The notes under the pieces: generated by a model
What the model was told of the DNA's origin: nothing
Seen by the model: the letters and a program-made list of their open reading frames with translations, nothing else
Database searches by the model: none
Made by a program: the position numbers and the translations under genes
In this document: one piece after another, positions 14,631 through 27,764 of the stretch
Position numbering within the stretch: position 1 is the first letter of the stretch
Layout of the letters: each line of letters opens with the position of its first letter
DNA from: Ylistrum balloti
Lineage: Eukaryota
NCBI RefSeq assembly: GCF_031769215.1
Contig: NW_026782111.1
Coordinates: forward strand, 930,001 to 994,000
DNA: 64,000 nt
Reading direction: 5' to 3'

Positions 14631-16784
14631 ACACACACACATGTTGTTGAAATAATAATCGAAACTAAAATGAAAGTAAAACTAGGGCAAAATATGAACA
14701 AAAGAAGATTTACACGGAAACTCCTGAATAAGCACAAAAAAATTATGGCTCGGAGTTCCTGAAAAGTAAACGTGTTTTGCTTTATCGAAGACACGAACAT
14801 GAAAAGAGGTAAAAGTAAAATGGAATTATACGACTTCTATTGTCTGATTTATCTGCAGGAATGGATAACACTTGTCAAGGTAAATGTGTAGGAGAAAATT
14901 TCAGGTGTATAACTTGATTACGACTGCGTTCAAGTGCTTCATCGTTTGCAATGAATTAAGTATATCTACAACAGCAGTATCGAGATTTAAGAGATCAAAA
15001 CAGGATCCGTATAACGAAATATAACTTATGTAATGGTTAGGATGGTATTTCCTTACATGTGATTATCTCTGTTTTTGCTAATAACTGGTAATGTGTAACT
15101 TCAATTTAGTGTAATTAATGCAAGAAAGTTACCAATTATTACGCACAAATTTGCAGAAAACCACGTTTACCTATAAAATAAATAAGAAAAAAAATTAAAA
15201 AAAAAAAAAAAAAACCAGAGAAATTGTCACATTCTCGTCCTGTCGGTATGAAAGTATGTAGCGATTCTTGCAGATATGTGTATTCATTTGTCCTTCAGTC
15301 GCGCTCTAACATTCATACATAATTAAACCGCTTTGTTTCATACTTTTTCACTGCTGATTATGCTCTGCTTGTCGTGGCATTTTGATGTTCAGACTAAGGA
15401 CAATAACATTAACGAGCCGTTGAGAACCTGACAAATGGACAAGAACGAACGCCATACTTTAAATTTTTTTTTTTTTTTTTTTCAGGAGAAAAATTCCAGT
15501 TGAGTGATTATGATGTTTACCAAGCGGGACACAAGTGAAATGTATTTTCATGAGACGCTAATCAATAAATGGTAAAAGAGATTAATTCTGACAAAAGAAC
15601 ATACGTCTCCTATAGCCTTTTTTCACGCAGGGAAAATTTCATTTTGCTTGAAAAAATAAATTGTAAAATTTAACGAAGATGTCCATTGACAGTTAACCGA
15701 AGATGATGTTGTTTTTTTATTTTCAAATGATCTTGATTTGACTTTGAATCTAACGACATCACAGACCTATGTTTGGTTCCAAATGAACAACAATAGGACA
15801 CAAGGGAAACTATGTCTCCTTATGAGGAATGTGTTTTCCTCCTGAAATATCAGTTTGAAAGCAAAGCAATAGCAATAGCTGAAGCTTTTCCGTTAATTAT
15901 CATTTTCATTAAGGATCAAGCTGTCTTTGAATAAAATCGTTTAAATTGCAGCAATTTATTTTCAAAGACAGAACCGGATGTCACATTTGGCTTTTATTCT
16001 CAAAGCCCCTTTACCTCTTTAATTCCATTCCCGACCTTGCCCTTAATATTCACATTGTAATGGACTGATCCACATCTACCATACTAACCTCACATTCCCT
16101 ATCCCAGTTGTAATGGACTAGTCAATACACTATATTTGATGCACATATATAAACCCCTATTGGATTTAAACATGCACAGAAATACAATGAAGCAAGTTTA
16201 ATGGCAGCTCACAGGAGAGTCGAAATTCGTATTTTTTTTATACTGGAAGAACACATGTTGATTGATGTGGGGATTAGAGAAATGTTACTTGGAAGTCTAC
16301 TTCATCACGACTTTTAGTGAATGTCGGGTAGTGCTGTTTCGTTGTCAAACTTAATAGATTTATCGATGTTTCTATTGTTTGCGAAAGGTTGATTGATTTA
16401 TATATTTTCTTTCTGGTCTCCCCTGTCGTTCAAGTTCACTGTGTTGCGTGTTTACCTCCCACATATACATATCAATTAGCACAACTTTCGGTTAAGTTAC
16501 ATGACAGGGTCGCCATTTTTTTTAACCAGCGGACAGCGGAACATTTCAAAAGTTGCAATATCAGGTCAAATATAATTTTCACTGGGTTTAATTCATGTTG
16601 TCAGGAATGCTTTATCGTCTAGTCAACAGCCAGGGTCGTTTAAAAGCCGGGATTCCTGGTCGTAGGTTTTGGCTACTTATATTAGGCTCATCGCCTACAC
16701 ACCATCCACAACAACTTGGGCCAAATGCCCTGCCCGTGGACTTGTACTGTACAGAACGACCCAATATTTAATAAGTCTTATTAA

Positions 16785-17110
16785 GATGAAGGAGCTTTAC
16801 GATCGCCTTAGTGATCTCATTGAGAAATATTCTATTTCTTTGTGCGATATGAAGTTTGTCGTGTTTGATACTCTTAATTATTGGTTCCGTTATTGTATAA
16901 CTTGCTCTCATTTTAGAACCTGGCAATACGTACTGGGGATGGACCAAGATTTACATGGCGGGTGTTATCGATGAAACAGAAGACGCTTACTCTTCCGGAA
17001 CACCTGGTTTAATTCTCTCTGTACTTTTTCAGCAGTTTCCGAGTAACCTTTCTTTAGTTCATATTTTGCCCTAGCTTTATTGAATTTGAGTTTGAATTAC
17101 GATTATGTTG
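16785..17110 (+). mobile_element. 3'-terminal fragment of a retroelement (possibly Penelope-like), copy 1
   Basis: Peptide KMKELYDRLSDLIEKYSISLCDM resembles the KFYGRYxDLIxKY C-terminus of invertebrate RT ORFs (recalled, not searched). The tail ATGGCGGGTG...CTTACTCTTCCGGAACACCTGGT...CTGTACTTTTTCA is repeated at 52455-52630. Confidence 0.45.
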
Positions 17111-17847
17111 ACATGTTTGTATATTCTTGATATTTTATTACAATGTGACATTCTGAAGAAAACTCCTACTCTAGTTGCTGTTGATAAAGATATACGGATG
17201 CTGGAGGTATTCCAATAGCCTTTTATAGTGTATGCGTGAAGCTGTTGGATTTGCTATTGATTGTGTGGAACAAAATGCTCACCCAATGCTGTGTCGTTTC
17301 AGTGGACATTTATTAACGATATAAACACTTATAAGAACATAAATCAGATGACATCTTAATCCTGTCCGACTTAGATAAATCTTTATCCGATCAGATGTGA
17401 CATTCAAAAGAACAAAGCAAGAATCTCCAATATTTTTTTCAGATTTGAGAAATATATATCTTTTAAACATCATGAAATTGACCTTTTTTGACACAGGTTA
17501 TATCATAAGCCTGGGACACTAAAGAAAGCCAGTTATGTTGCTATTTTGCATTGACGTGAGCACGAAAATTACGCTGAGATACGTGTGCTTTAATGTCTTT
17601 TAACATTCAGACAAATCGCGAAATTCCTTTAAATATAAATCAGTCTGTAAAAAAAGAAGATCGCGAAAATTTTGACTCGTGAGAATTGCCATCTATTTTG
17701 TGGTTAATGTTTTTCGTTTTAAATGACTGAAAATCTTTGTTTTAGTTGTTTTTCAAAGCGAGGGAGATGATATAGTGGAAAAACTTTTTTTTCTTCCTTG
17801 GTAGATTTAAGCTATACGAAAACCATACCGCCCTACCTCCTTTCATA

Positions 17848-18130
17848 TCTGTCTATCTGTCTGTCTGCCGGTCCGTCAGTCTGCGTCTGTCTGTCCGTCT
17901 GTCTCTGTCTCGCTCTCTATCTCTCTGTCTGTCTATCTATGTATGTCTGTCTCTGTGTGTCTCTCTTTCTCTGTGTGTCTCTCTCTGTCTCTCTGTCCCT
18001 CTTTCTCCGTCTCTGTCTCTTTGTCTTCCTATCTCTTTCTCTCTGTCTTTCTCTCTCTCTTTGTCTTCCTATCTCTTTCTCATTGTCTCTCTCTCATTCT
18101 CTCTCTTTTTGTATCTCTCTTTCTCTCCAC
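17848..18130. repeat. GTCT/CT-rich low-complexity tract
   Basis: Directly visible TCTG then CT repeats. Confidence 0.9.
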
Positions 18131-18587
18131 CTTTCGACACAAATAAATCAATAGTCGTAAAATTGTTTGTAATAATCTTTAGCACTGAAAAGTAATGTCG
18201 AAACAGCAATATGTTGAATGTCAGTTGTCTGGATAATTGGTCTCTATGTTTTAAAGACCTGATATAGATAATGGATGTATGTTTCATGCCGCCTCTGGTG
18301 TACTAATAGATACACAGCAAAAGATGGTATCTCTAATACAACAGTGTCTAGGAAATTGTCTACAATCGAGTCGTACAAACTGGGATTTTATCGCTTATAA
18401 AACGACATGTAGTCATCAGGCAGCAGTATGGGGATTTTAGGTTAAGAGAGTGGGTGTGACGTCACAAAGGAAATACATATGGTATAGATATATCATGTCT
18501 TTAGGGTTTCATCAAGTTGTTTTGATAAATCTGTGCAGAAAATATCGGTTTTGATGTAACTGGACTGATATTTGTTTATATTTTGTA

Positions 18588-18785
18588 TGCTGTAAAATCA
18601 TAAATTTTCGTGGGAGATTTATTTCGCGGGTACTCAAATCCGCAAATCTATATGTTCACAAAATAATTAACTGATAAAAAATAGACATGGGTTATAGTAC
18701 TAGCAGATTTCGTGAGCAAAATTTAACCACGGAGTCAAGTGCCAACGAAAACGTATAGTTTTTGGAAAATCATGAAACTTATAGA
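18588..18785. mobile_element. Partial copy of the MITE family at 322-507
   Basis: TGCTGTAAAATCATAAATTTTCGTGGG closely matches the TIR at 480-507 (reverse complement). The right end is decayed. Confidence 0.5.
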
Positions 18786-19796
18786 TGGGTTTGCGGGAAA
18801 AGTCGTCTTTTTCTTTTTCTCTGCTTAGCAATCACTGTTTCTTTATTCGTGCGTTGTGTATGTGCATGGGAATGTCCACCGCCATCTTATAAATTATGAA
18901 CCTGGAATTATGTATGTGTTTTACCTCAGTTGGAAATGAAATTCTATAGAACACAAAGAACATTGTGACTAGGGCTCGCTAAGATATTAAGGTGTGTGGG
19001 TGACGTTGGATGGAATTGAGCCGGACCTTATGGGGTAGTGTCCTGCTGTATCTGTAGCGGACGATAAACCTGTCGACACAATGTCTCCGTGATGTTTAAT
19101 CCCCAAATTTACGGTCCACGGTGTCTAGATTTCCAAATGACGTTTTTTTTTTTTCTTAATTGAATATCACGATAGACGATGGAGTGTTTTTCTGAAAACT
19201 CGGTAAAGAAGAATACTAGTTCAACAAGATCCATGTTCAGACTTAAAAGGCGAAATTCTTTTAGGAAATGATAGCGATTCATTATTTCTGATTTGATAAA
19301 AAATGATATTGCTCGATTTTAATTTATGAAGGAATGTAGTTGAATCAAACTTATATGGTGTCCTTTTCATAATGGAACAAAATGGCTGTTATAAAATGGC
19401 TGACTTCTAGTTGGTCGGAATTTAGAAGCAGTTTGAGTTCGATAAAATCTCATGACACTGCAAATAGTGACAAACTGAAGTATCTATTATAACAGAATGG
19501 CCATCACTTTCTATCTTCTCTATTGGTTAAAGTTAATATAATTTATGACTGAGGATAGATTAGTGGTCCGATAGTACCGTCATGTCAGAATGCAATATGA
19601 AGACACGCATGGCTTAACGTGTCCTTTTTTGTATGTCAAAACCTCTAATTGTTTTATTGTGTTATGGGAGTATTCTGTCGTTCTGGGTATTTCATTCGGT
19701 AAATAAAATGACAGCAGTAATTATCATTATTATGTTTTGCCTGTCGATTCCACCACACCAGCGTGTAAACGTTTTAATGGTTCCATTCACAGGTAG

Positions 19797-19885
19797 TGAC
19801 GTCATCATAGTCCATCATCGACGCCAAGCGGAACTTAAGAATTGACCCAACGGGAGACCCTGACAATAATTGTTTCAAAACAGGT
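19797..19885 (+). promoter_or_regulatory. Candidate promoter and non-coding first exon
   Basis: Perfect CRE TGACGTCA at 19797-19804, an ETS-like GCGGAACT at ~19828, and a splice donor CAG|GTAATT at 19884. Confidence 0.3.
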
Positions 19886-20520
19886 AATTATATAATTTTG
19901 TAGCCTTTGACGATTTCCTGTAACTACACTGTAAAAATTGTTGTAAATGGTCGATGTGTTTACGGGCTTTAAATATTATCACATAACAATAAGTCTGTCG
20001 GAAATTTACGAGCTTTCGAATCGTTAGAACTCTGGTGTGCCGAAAGGCATGGATACGACTTCCGGTTTCTGGAATATTTAGAGTCACAAAAGGTAAGGGT
20101 TATTTGGATAATGGGATTGTGGAGGAGGAGGTTTTGTATTTACACTTAACCAATCGATCAATATTCCTCCTTTCGATGATAGAAGTTTGAGGTATCGCTT
20201 CTGAACTTCTTGTGTGAACATAAAACACGTAATAAATACCTATATAGTTGTAATATTATCTTTCTTATTTCATTTTTTTTATCTGGATAATTATCTTGTT
20301 CCTTTCTGATGTCAGTTTATAAACTTGTAACGATAATTACATTTTAGAAGAATATTAATGAGCGTAGCGCACGTTTAGTGCTTAGTATTTGCATAAGGGT
20401 TATTCCCCTTATATTTTCATGTACAATATCTATCTCTTTAATCTCACATAGTTACCTCGTAATTACGGCATGGATATCTTGAAACTGCAACGCAATCATT
20501 ATTCCGTATAACTACCGGAA

Positions 20521-20615
20521 TATCTCATTAATACGACATTATTATCTCGTTAATACGACGTTATTATCTCATTAATACGACATTATTTTCTCTTTAATAC
20601 ATTATTATCTCGTAA
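20521..20615. repeat. ~22-bp tandem repeat (ATTATCTC(A/G)TTAATACGAC(A/G)TT), ~4 copies, probably inside a non-autonomous element
   Basis: Directly visible repeat units. Confidence 0.75.
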
Positions 20616-21160
20616 TGACCGAAAATCTTTTTTTTTCGTTCGCGGAGGAACACAGACACATTACTCCTCTAAATGCGGAGGAATACCCTATGACAATCCG
20701 AAGTTCCGAAAATTTTATTATACCAATGCGAGATTAATTGTATCGAACTAGAGGGCGGTCACCCAACATGTCTACAGGAGAAGGTCTATTCGCTTGGGGT
20801 GTTATATGTATTTTAGAATAAGAGTAGAATTTATCTAGGAATCTCGTCAAGACGGCTCGCATCCTCATTGATTTGAGAAAGGTGCCAATACGCATCGAAA
20901 TAGAGCTCTCCGTTTCAGACTAGACCGTTATATAGTGATGGTTATTCCTTAAGTAGACTATTATATTGTCTTTGCTATCCTGTGACCCCAAGACCTTGAC
21001 ATTTGAAGGACAGGACGGTACACACACTCCTACAATTATGGACGTCAATAGAGGTCTGTCTGGTGTTTATAACCAAATGTACTCCCCTCCGGTCGATGTC
21101 AGACTGTGAAATTACTGAAATGTTTCATAGATAGCATACGATTCTTATTGCCCAAAACAG

Positions 21161-21683
21161 GTCAGAATGGCAACCTATGTTGAAGGTCATGTTCAATTGC
21201 TGTAACTGCACGTGTCCAAATTATATATTTCTTGATAACTGTATATATTAAAGTATTCAACGTTCTGAGGTCATTTTTAAAATACTAATGTTTTGTACTA
21301 TATGTTTTTGACTTTTTCTGTATGTTGTCAAATAAAACGGAAACAGTGGACAACGACGACGACAACAACAAAAACAACAAGCATGAAAAAAATATTTGAC
21401 TTTTTCATAATCATTTTCTAATTGATAGCTGATTGGCACAATACCTAAGTATTGTTAACAAGGCAACTCATTGCCACTCTCATACCACAGGTACGAATTA
21501 TTCTCCTTGGTTCAAACTGCATGCTTCATGCTTCACCATACAACTGGACGTGACACTAATTAGGCATAGCTTCTGCTGCAAACTCGATTTCTACACAGAG
21601 TTGTCGTTCCTTTTAATGTTTGTGAAGAACGATAACTCTTGGATGATATCGTCAGAAATTGGAACGGTTTACTAGAAAGACGT
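21161..21683 (+). pseudogene. Two phase-compatible exon relics of an unidentified decayed gene
   Basis: Exon 21161-21201 (AG|GTCAGAATGG, MATYVEGHVQL, phase 2, GT donor) splices in frame to 21491-~21683 (LYELFSLVQTACFMLHHTTGRDTN*A*LLLQTRFLHRVVVPFNVCEER*LLDDIVRNWNGLLER). The joined frame has three stops. Confidence 0.3.
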
Positions 21684-22924
21684 GTAAAATAGATGCTCGT
21701 AATATTGTAATCAAAGAAAGTTGCATACTTTAGATTTAAAGTCGTTTTTTAACTTATGGTCAAAGTTGTAATGACAAGTGATGTGAACTTGATGAAACGA
21801 ATTTCCAGCCAGCTTGAAACATGAGTGTGAAATTATTAAGAGTTTTGAATACTCGCACATACATATGTAAGCGTAACAAAGGACGTTTCTGTCCAGGTAC
21901 TGGAAGCTTAGTTTAATTAACAGATCTGGTGAAAGTATTAATTAAGTGTTAATTTTGCTTTGAAAGTCTTTGTTTTTCAGTGATAATTTATTTTCTACTA
22001 ACTATTGGTCAACTCTGACAAAGCTTTGAAGGAGTGGGATTTCGTTTCTGAGTAATTTCAGCTCGTATGTCAGAACTTCTAAACTCCGAATATATTGAAG
22101 TATTCGCAACAGGTTTGTCTAGCCGGAACAACGCTTTTATCTCCGAAATCATCTGTCAACTATGCGAGAAAACTATATAAAAAGAGCTTTTATATATGTG
22201 ACGTAGAAAAACACAATTCTGAAAGCGGTAAACCCGGTACTTGACAAATTAGGGAGCGTAAGTGACGACAACTAAGATTAAATTAATTTCATTCAACCAT
22301 CCTCTAGTCTGTGCACGCTACACCAACAAGAACTGTAGTCAAATTCAACGATTCCATTCTGAAGTCAAACTGAGGCTTTTCAGAGACCCGGTAAACGACT
22401 TTATTGGTCAAAAGCACACACGTTATAATCAACATGGATGCGTTCTGTTGTAACTGCTTCTACAAAATCAAGTTCACTACTATTACGAAAAACACTGAAT
22501 GAACAAAGCAACGTAGAAAAAAAAAAGTAGCTTGTGTTATTGAGAGTTAAAAACGACAACTTCCTGTTTAGAAATGATGTTATTTTAGTGTAAGGAACAA
22601 AAATCCTGGTTGATTTCTATTTTTAGTGTGAAAAATAGTCAATTCCTGGTAGATATTGTGAAAATGAGTGTGAACGACAACGCTCTGTTTTTTCGATTAA
22701 TGGGTGGGAAGAGCGACAATTCAGAGTGGAAATGGCGAAAGTGAATGTCAGGAACAAATACACTCAGTTCGTGTAAATGAATGTAATTCATGTTAAATCT
22801 GGGTAGAACTTTTATATGTTAGTGTAAGGAACGGCAACTCTCAGAAAAAAATGTTTGTTGGCTCAACATGTACAAACTTTATTTATCTTTCTACAAATGT
22901 TAAACACGGTATTTCAACTAATTC

Positions 22925-23106
22925 TGATCACCTCTGTTTGCCTTGATATAAGCGCGAAGGGTCTTACGATGTGTGGAAACCGGAGTACCAGGGGAAAACC
23001 CACGTGGTCAGGCAGGTATGCCCCCCAACTTTTTACGTCCTTTCGGGGAATCGAACCCGGGTCGTCTAAATGAGAGACGATTGCGTAACCATCGTGCCAT
23101 CCGACC
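22925..23106 (-). mobile_element. tRNA-derived SINE with V-SINE-type core
   Basis: Minus strand has an A box (TGGCACGATGGTTACGC), a B box (GGTTCGATTCCC) and the core GTGGGTTTTCCCCTGGTACTCCGGTTTCCACAC, matching the V-domain consensus GTGGGTTTYCTCCGGGTRCTCCGGTTTCC. Confidence 0.75.
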
Positions 23107-23617
23107 TCTCAAATTGTGTTAGTGAGTTGTAACGCCAAATATGGGTAAATATTTTCTCGGTCAACGTTCTGCTTACTCTGCCTTGAACTTTTATCGATCG
23201 CTTGGCTTGAGTAATGAAGCCGTTGACGGGTATTCCATCTTGTCGCGTCTTTGTACTTCCGAGGGAAACCGTCTCAGCAATCTACAGCTTTCGATAATGA
23301 TTAACAGGTAATGTGTTCGCAATTTCAATACGACTGGTTTTCAGATGTTTTGGCCTGAAGTGACAAGTAAAAAGATAATAAAAATCTTGTTGATGGTAAA
23401 GATTACGGCTGATTAATATTGTAAATTACTAGACATTTGGTGATCAATCGCGAACCTTCGAGCCTTTCCGTAGACGAGAAAATAAATATTTACGGAAAGT
23501 GCCGAAGATTCCCGATTGATTTGGTGTTAGAAACAGAGGCTTCATACCTTCCTCTAAAAGTAAATTCTATCCGGTGTCATTAACACTGACCAACATAGCG
23601 TTATTATAGGGCTAATA

Positions 23618-23840
23618 TTTTACCAGGGTTATCTACTACCCCTCTAGGAAATAATACCGTCCTGGAGATTACAGGGATTACAGCGATGCTTGTGAAAGCA
23701 ACGCTTAGTAATACTCTCTAGTCCTTACATGGGCGCCATTGTAACAGAGGTTATTATTTATTCCAATGCCTCAGCTTTGATTCAAACCAGGGACCTCTAG
23801 TTTACCAATCTAACGATCAACCGATCGAGCTAAGGAAACC
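23618..23840 (-). mobile_element. Second tRNA-headed SINE-like family
   Basis: Minus-strand A box (TAGCTCGATCGGTTG) and B box (GGTTTGAATC). The body is homologous to 45742-45990 (TTTACCAGGGTTA...TAACAGAGGTTA...CAATGC). Confidence 0.6.
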
Positions 23841-23867
23841 TGGTCTGACACTCACCCGATCAACTGA

Positions 23868-24510
23868 CTTGTAAACAACATACAAGTATCATTGACATGA
23901 CGTGTAAACAACATACTGGTATTACTGACGTGTAAACAACATACTGGTATTACTGACGTGTAAACAACATACTGGTATTACTGACGTGTAAACAACATAT
24001 CGGTATCACTGACGTGTAAACAACATTCGGGTATCACTGATGTGTAAACAACATACAAGTATCATTGACATGACGTGTAAACAACATACTGGTATTACTG
24101 ACGTGTAAACAACATACTGGTATTACTGACGTGTAAACAACATACTGGTACTACTGACGTGTAAACAACGTTCGGGTACCACTGATGTGTAAACAACACA
24201 CTGGTATTACTGATGTGTAAACAACATTCGGATATCACTGATGTGTTAACAACACACTGGTATTACTGATGTGTAAACAACATACGGGTATCATTGACGT
24301 GACGTGTATACAACATACGGGTATCACTGACGTGACGTGTATATAACATACGGGTATCACTGACGTGGCGTGTATATAACATACGGTATTTCTGACGTGA
24401 CGTGTATACAACATACGGGTATCACTGACGTGACGTGTATACAACATACGGGTATCACTGACGTGACGTGTATACAACATATGGGTATCACTGACTTGAC
24501 GTGTAAACAA
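23868..24510. repeat. 28/33-bp minisatellite (ACGTGTAAACAACATACTGGTATTACTG), with 33-bp variants distally
   Basis: Period 28 (units at 23900 and 23928). A block starting GTAAACAACATACAAGTATCATTGAC is duplicated at ~23871 and ~24043. Confidence 0.95.
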
Positions 24511-25324
24511 GATGTGGGTGTTTGTTTTAAAGTATTTAAATGAATGCGTTTTCATTGCTACCATGTGTCTTGTTTAATCAAGTTTTCGAGATGATGACAT
24601 GAATTGTTCCTAACCTTTTTTTGTTGAATGACGAATAAGATATTTCTTTAGATCAAATCGATCTTGTACGGAATACGGTATATGTTTTTTAAGACTATAC
24701 AATATGCAGTAAGTAATTTCTCGTTTCATGCTTCGGTATCTAAACTTTCGACAGGCTGTAAAAACGCTCACAAATACACGTTTATCATAATTAAATTCTG
24801 TCTTCAGTCTAAGGAAAAGACAAAAACATAAATTTAAACAAATGACTATTTATTTTTGTTTTCATTTGTTCCGCTGTTTTGAACAGAAGAGGTTGCACTA
24901 AACCAAATCCCATTTCGCAAATATGTCATCGGTGGATATTCTGCAAAAGTTCAAAATGGTTTATGAGTGATTTCAATATTTTCTAGTTTTGACATGTACG
25001 GAAGCCGTTTATTGGTGTAAATTTACACACCAGGCGCACAGTTCGCACGCGCGAAGTGATCGGTATGCGAGGACTGCATGGGCCCCACACCAGCTGGCCT
25101 ATGGTGATGACAGAGGCAAACTTGAATCCATGTATACAGGCATGTTTATCGCTAGCTGTTTATACCTTGACCTGTTTGTTTACATTTCTAGTATACATCA
25201 ATATCTACACCTTTAACTTAATTAGAGAACGCGTACACATTCTCGTCACGTGTCGCAGATATATCAAAAACAGGTGTTCGGCACATATGCATTAAAAGAT
25301 TTATTGGAAATCAGTTTTGTGAAC

Positions 25325-27095
25325 TTTCTTTCCTACTAGTAACCCAACCTTCTACAGAACCTTTTATAAACGTCTCATGTTACTTTCCTGCTAGTAACCC
25401 AACCTTCTACAGAACCTTTTATAAACGTCTCATGTTACTGTCCTACTAGTAACACAACCTTCTACAGAACCTTTTATAAACGTCTCATGTTACTGTCCTA
25501 CTAGTAACCCAACCTTCTACAGAACCTTTTATAAACGTCTCATGTTACTTTCCTGCTAGTAACCCAACCTTCTACAGAACCTTTTATAAACGTCTCATGT
25601 TACTTTCCTGCTAGTAACCCAACCTTCTACAGAACCTTTTATAAACGTCTCATGTTATGTTACTGTCCTGCTAGTAACCCAACCTTCTACAGAACCTTTT
25701 ATAAACGTCTCATGTTACTGTCCTACTAGTAACCCAACCTTCTACAGAACCTTTTATAAACGTCTCATGTTACTGTCCTGCTAGTAACCCAACCTTCTAC
25801 AGAACCTTTTATAAACGTCTCATGTTACTGTCCTACTAGTAACCCAACCTTCTACAGAACCTTTTATAAACGTCTCATGTTACTGTCCTACTAGTAACCC
25901 AACCTTCTACAGAACCTTTTATAAACGTCTCATGTTACTGTCCTACTAGTAACCCAACCTTCTACAGAACCTTTTAAAAACGTCTCATGTTACTGTCCTA
26001 CTAGTAACCCAACCTTCTACAGAACCTTTTATAAACGTCTCATGTTACTTTCCTGCTAGTAACCCAACCTTCTACAGAACCTTTTATAAACGTCTCATGT
26101 TACTGTCCTACTAGTAACCCAACCTTCTACAGAACCTTTTATAAACGTCTCATGTTACTGTCCTACTAGTAACCCAACCTTCTACAGAACCTTTTATAAA
26201 CGTCTCATGTTACTTTCCTACTAGTAACTCAGCCTTCTACAGAACCTTTTATAAACGTCTCATGTTACTGTCCTACTAGTAACCCAACCTTCTACAGAAC
26301 CTTTTATAAACGTCTCATGTTACTTTCCTACTAGTAACCCAGCCTTTTACAGAAACTTATATAAACGTCTCATGTTTCATTTCTGCTAGACACCCAGCCT
26401 TTTACAGAAACTTATATAAACGTTTCATGTTTCATTTCTGCCTGCTAGACACCCAGCCTTTTACAGAAACTTATATAAACGTCTCATGTTTCTTTTCCTG
26501 CTAGACACCTAGCATTTTACAGAAACTTACATAAACGTTTCATGTTTCATTTCTGCTAGACACCCAGCCTTTTACAGAAACTTATATAAACGTTTCATTT
26601 CTCCTAGTAACCCAGCCTTTTACAGAAACTTATATAAATATTTCATGTTTCATTCCTGCTAGACACCCAGCCTTTTACAGAAACTTATATAAACGTTTCA
26701 TGTTTCATTCCTGCTAGACACCCAGCCTTTTACAGAAACTTATATAAATATTTCATGTTTCATTTCTGCTAGACACCCAGCCTTTTACAGAAACTTATAT
26801 AAACGTTTCATGTTTCATTTCTGTTTCTAGACACCCAGCCTTTTACAGAAACTTATATAAATATTTCATGTTTCATTCCTGCTAGACACCCAGCCTTTTA
26901 CAGAAACTTATATAAACGTTTCATGTTTCATTTCTCCTAGTAACCCAGCCTTTTACAGAAACTTATATAAACGTTTCATGTTTCATTTCTGCTAGACACC
27001 CAGCCTTTTACAGAAACTTATATAAACGCTTCATTTTTCATTTCTGCTAGTAACCCAGCCTTTTACAGAAACTTACATAAACGTTTCATGCTTCA
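25325..27095. repeat. 55-bp minisatellite array (~32 copies) with two sequence variants
   Basis: Period 55 (25861 vs 25916). Variant A is CCCAACCTTCTACAGAACCTTTTATAAACGTCTCATGTTACTGTCCTACTAGTAA. Variant B (CCCAGCCTTTTACAGAAACTTATATAAAC...) takes over from ~26340. Confidence 0.95.
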
Positions 27096-27764
27096 TGATT
27101 GGCGGGATGTATTGGGGGCAAACCTGGATGTCTTACTAAACATCCCAATTCCAGCTAATTATGCAGTATCTTGTTGGTAATTATCACTTGGTTCTCTTCC
27201 GTTTTGCACCTACCGTTTCTAAGTTCCAACCCTGATTACAGCGTTTTTTACCATCCAGGTTCCGTTATCCTCTCAACAACCGCACACAAAGTATTTGACC
27301 AAAAATGAGGACTGGTCACGGCACCGAAAAAAAGAAATACCAGGCATCTGTAGGCAGATTCTTTCACCTGAGTTGTTCACAAGTATATACCTGATTCAGC
27401 TAGGGTTAGTCAATAAGATGACTGTAACGTAACATCACAAATATGTTAAATTGACCGTCTTCTGATGAAATTGAATTCAGATGTAAACGAAATATTATCT
27501 TATTCCGGAACGTGTAAATTATTCAGGTCCACTGGATTGTCGACCACCCAGTCAGCTGAACGTAATAATATCAAGTGGGCCGTATCATTTTAAATCGATT
27601 TCGAAAGCATTACGAGTGTCTTAAAGCTTTGAATATATTCAAAGTAATTTAGACTCTTTACACAGCTAATGGAATTCTTGCATGTGTCACATGTATATAT
27701 ATGTTTGTCTGGGGAATATTTCTCGCACCGAAACAAAATATTCAATAGCAGTAGTATATCCGAA

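Noticed and set aside
14273-14800. Poly-Leu/Val and poly-Asn/Gln ORFs
   Set aside because: Translations of a CAA/CAG microsatellite with no splice or start support.
23040-23106. tRNA gene (also 35150-35170, 45640, 45900)
   Set aside because: A/B boxes are present but no complete cloverleaf. They run into SINE bodies.
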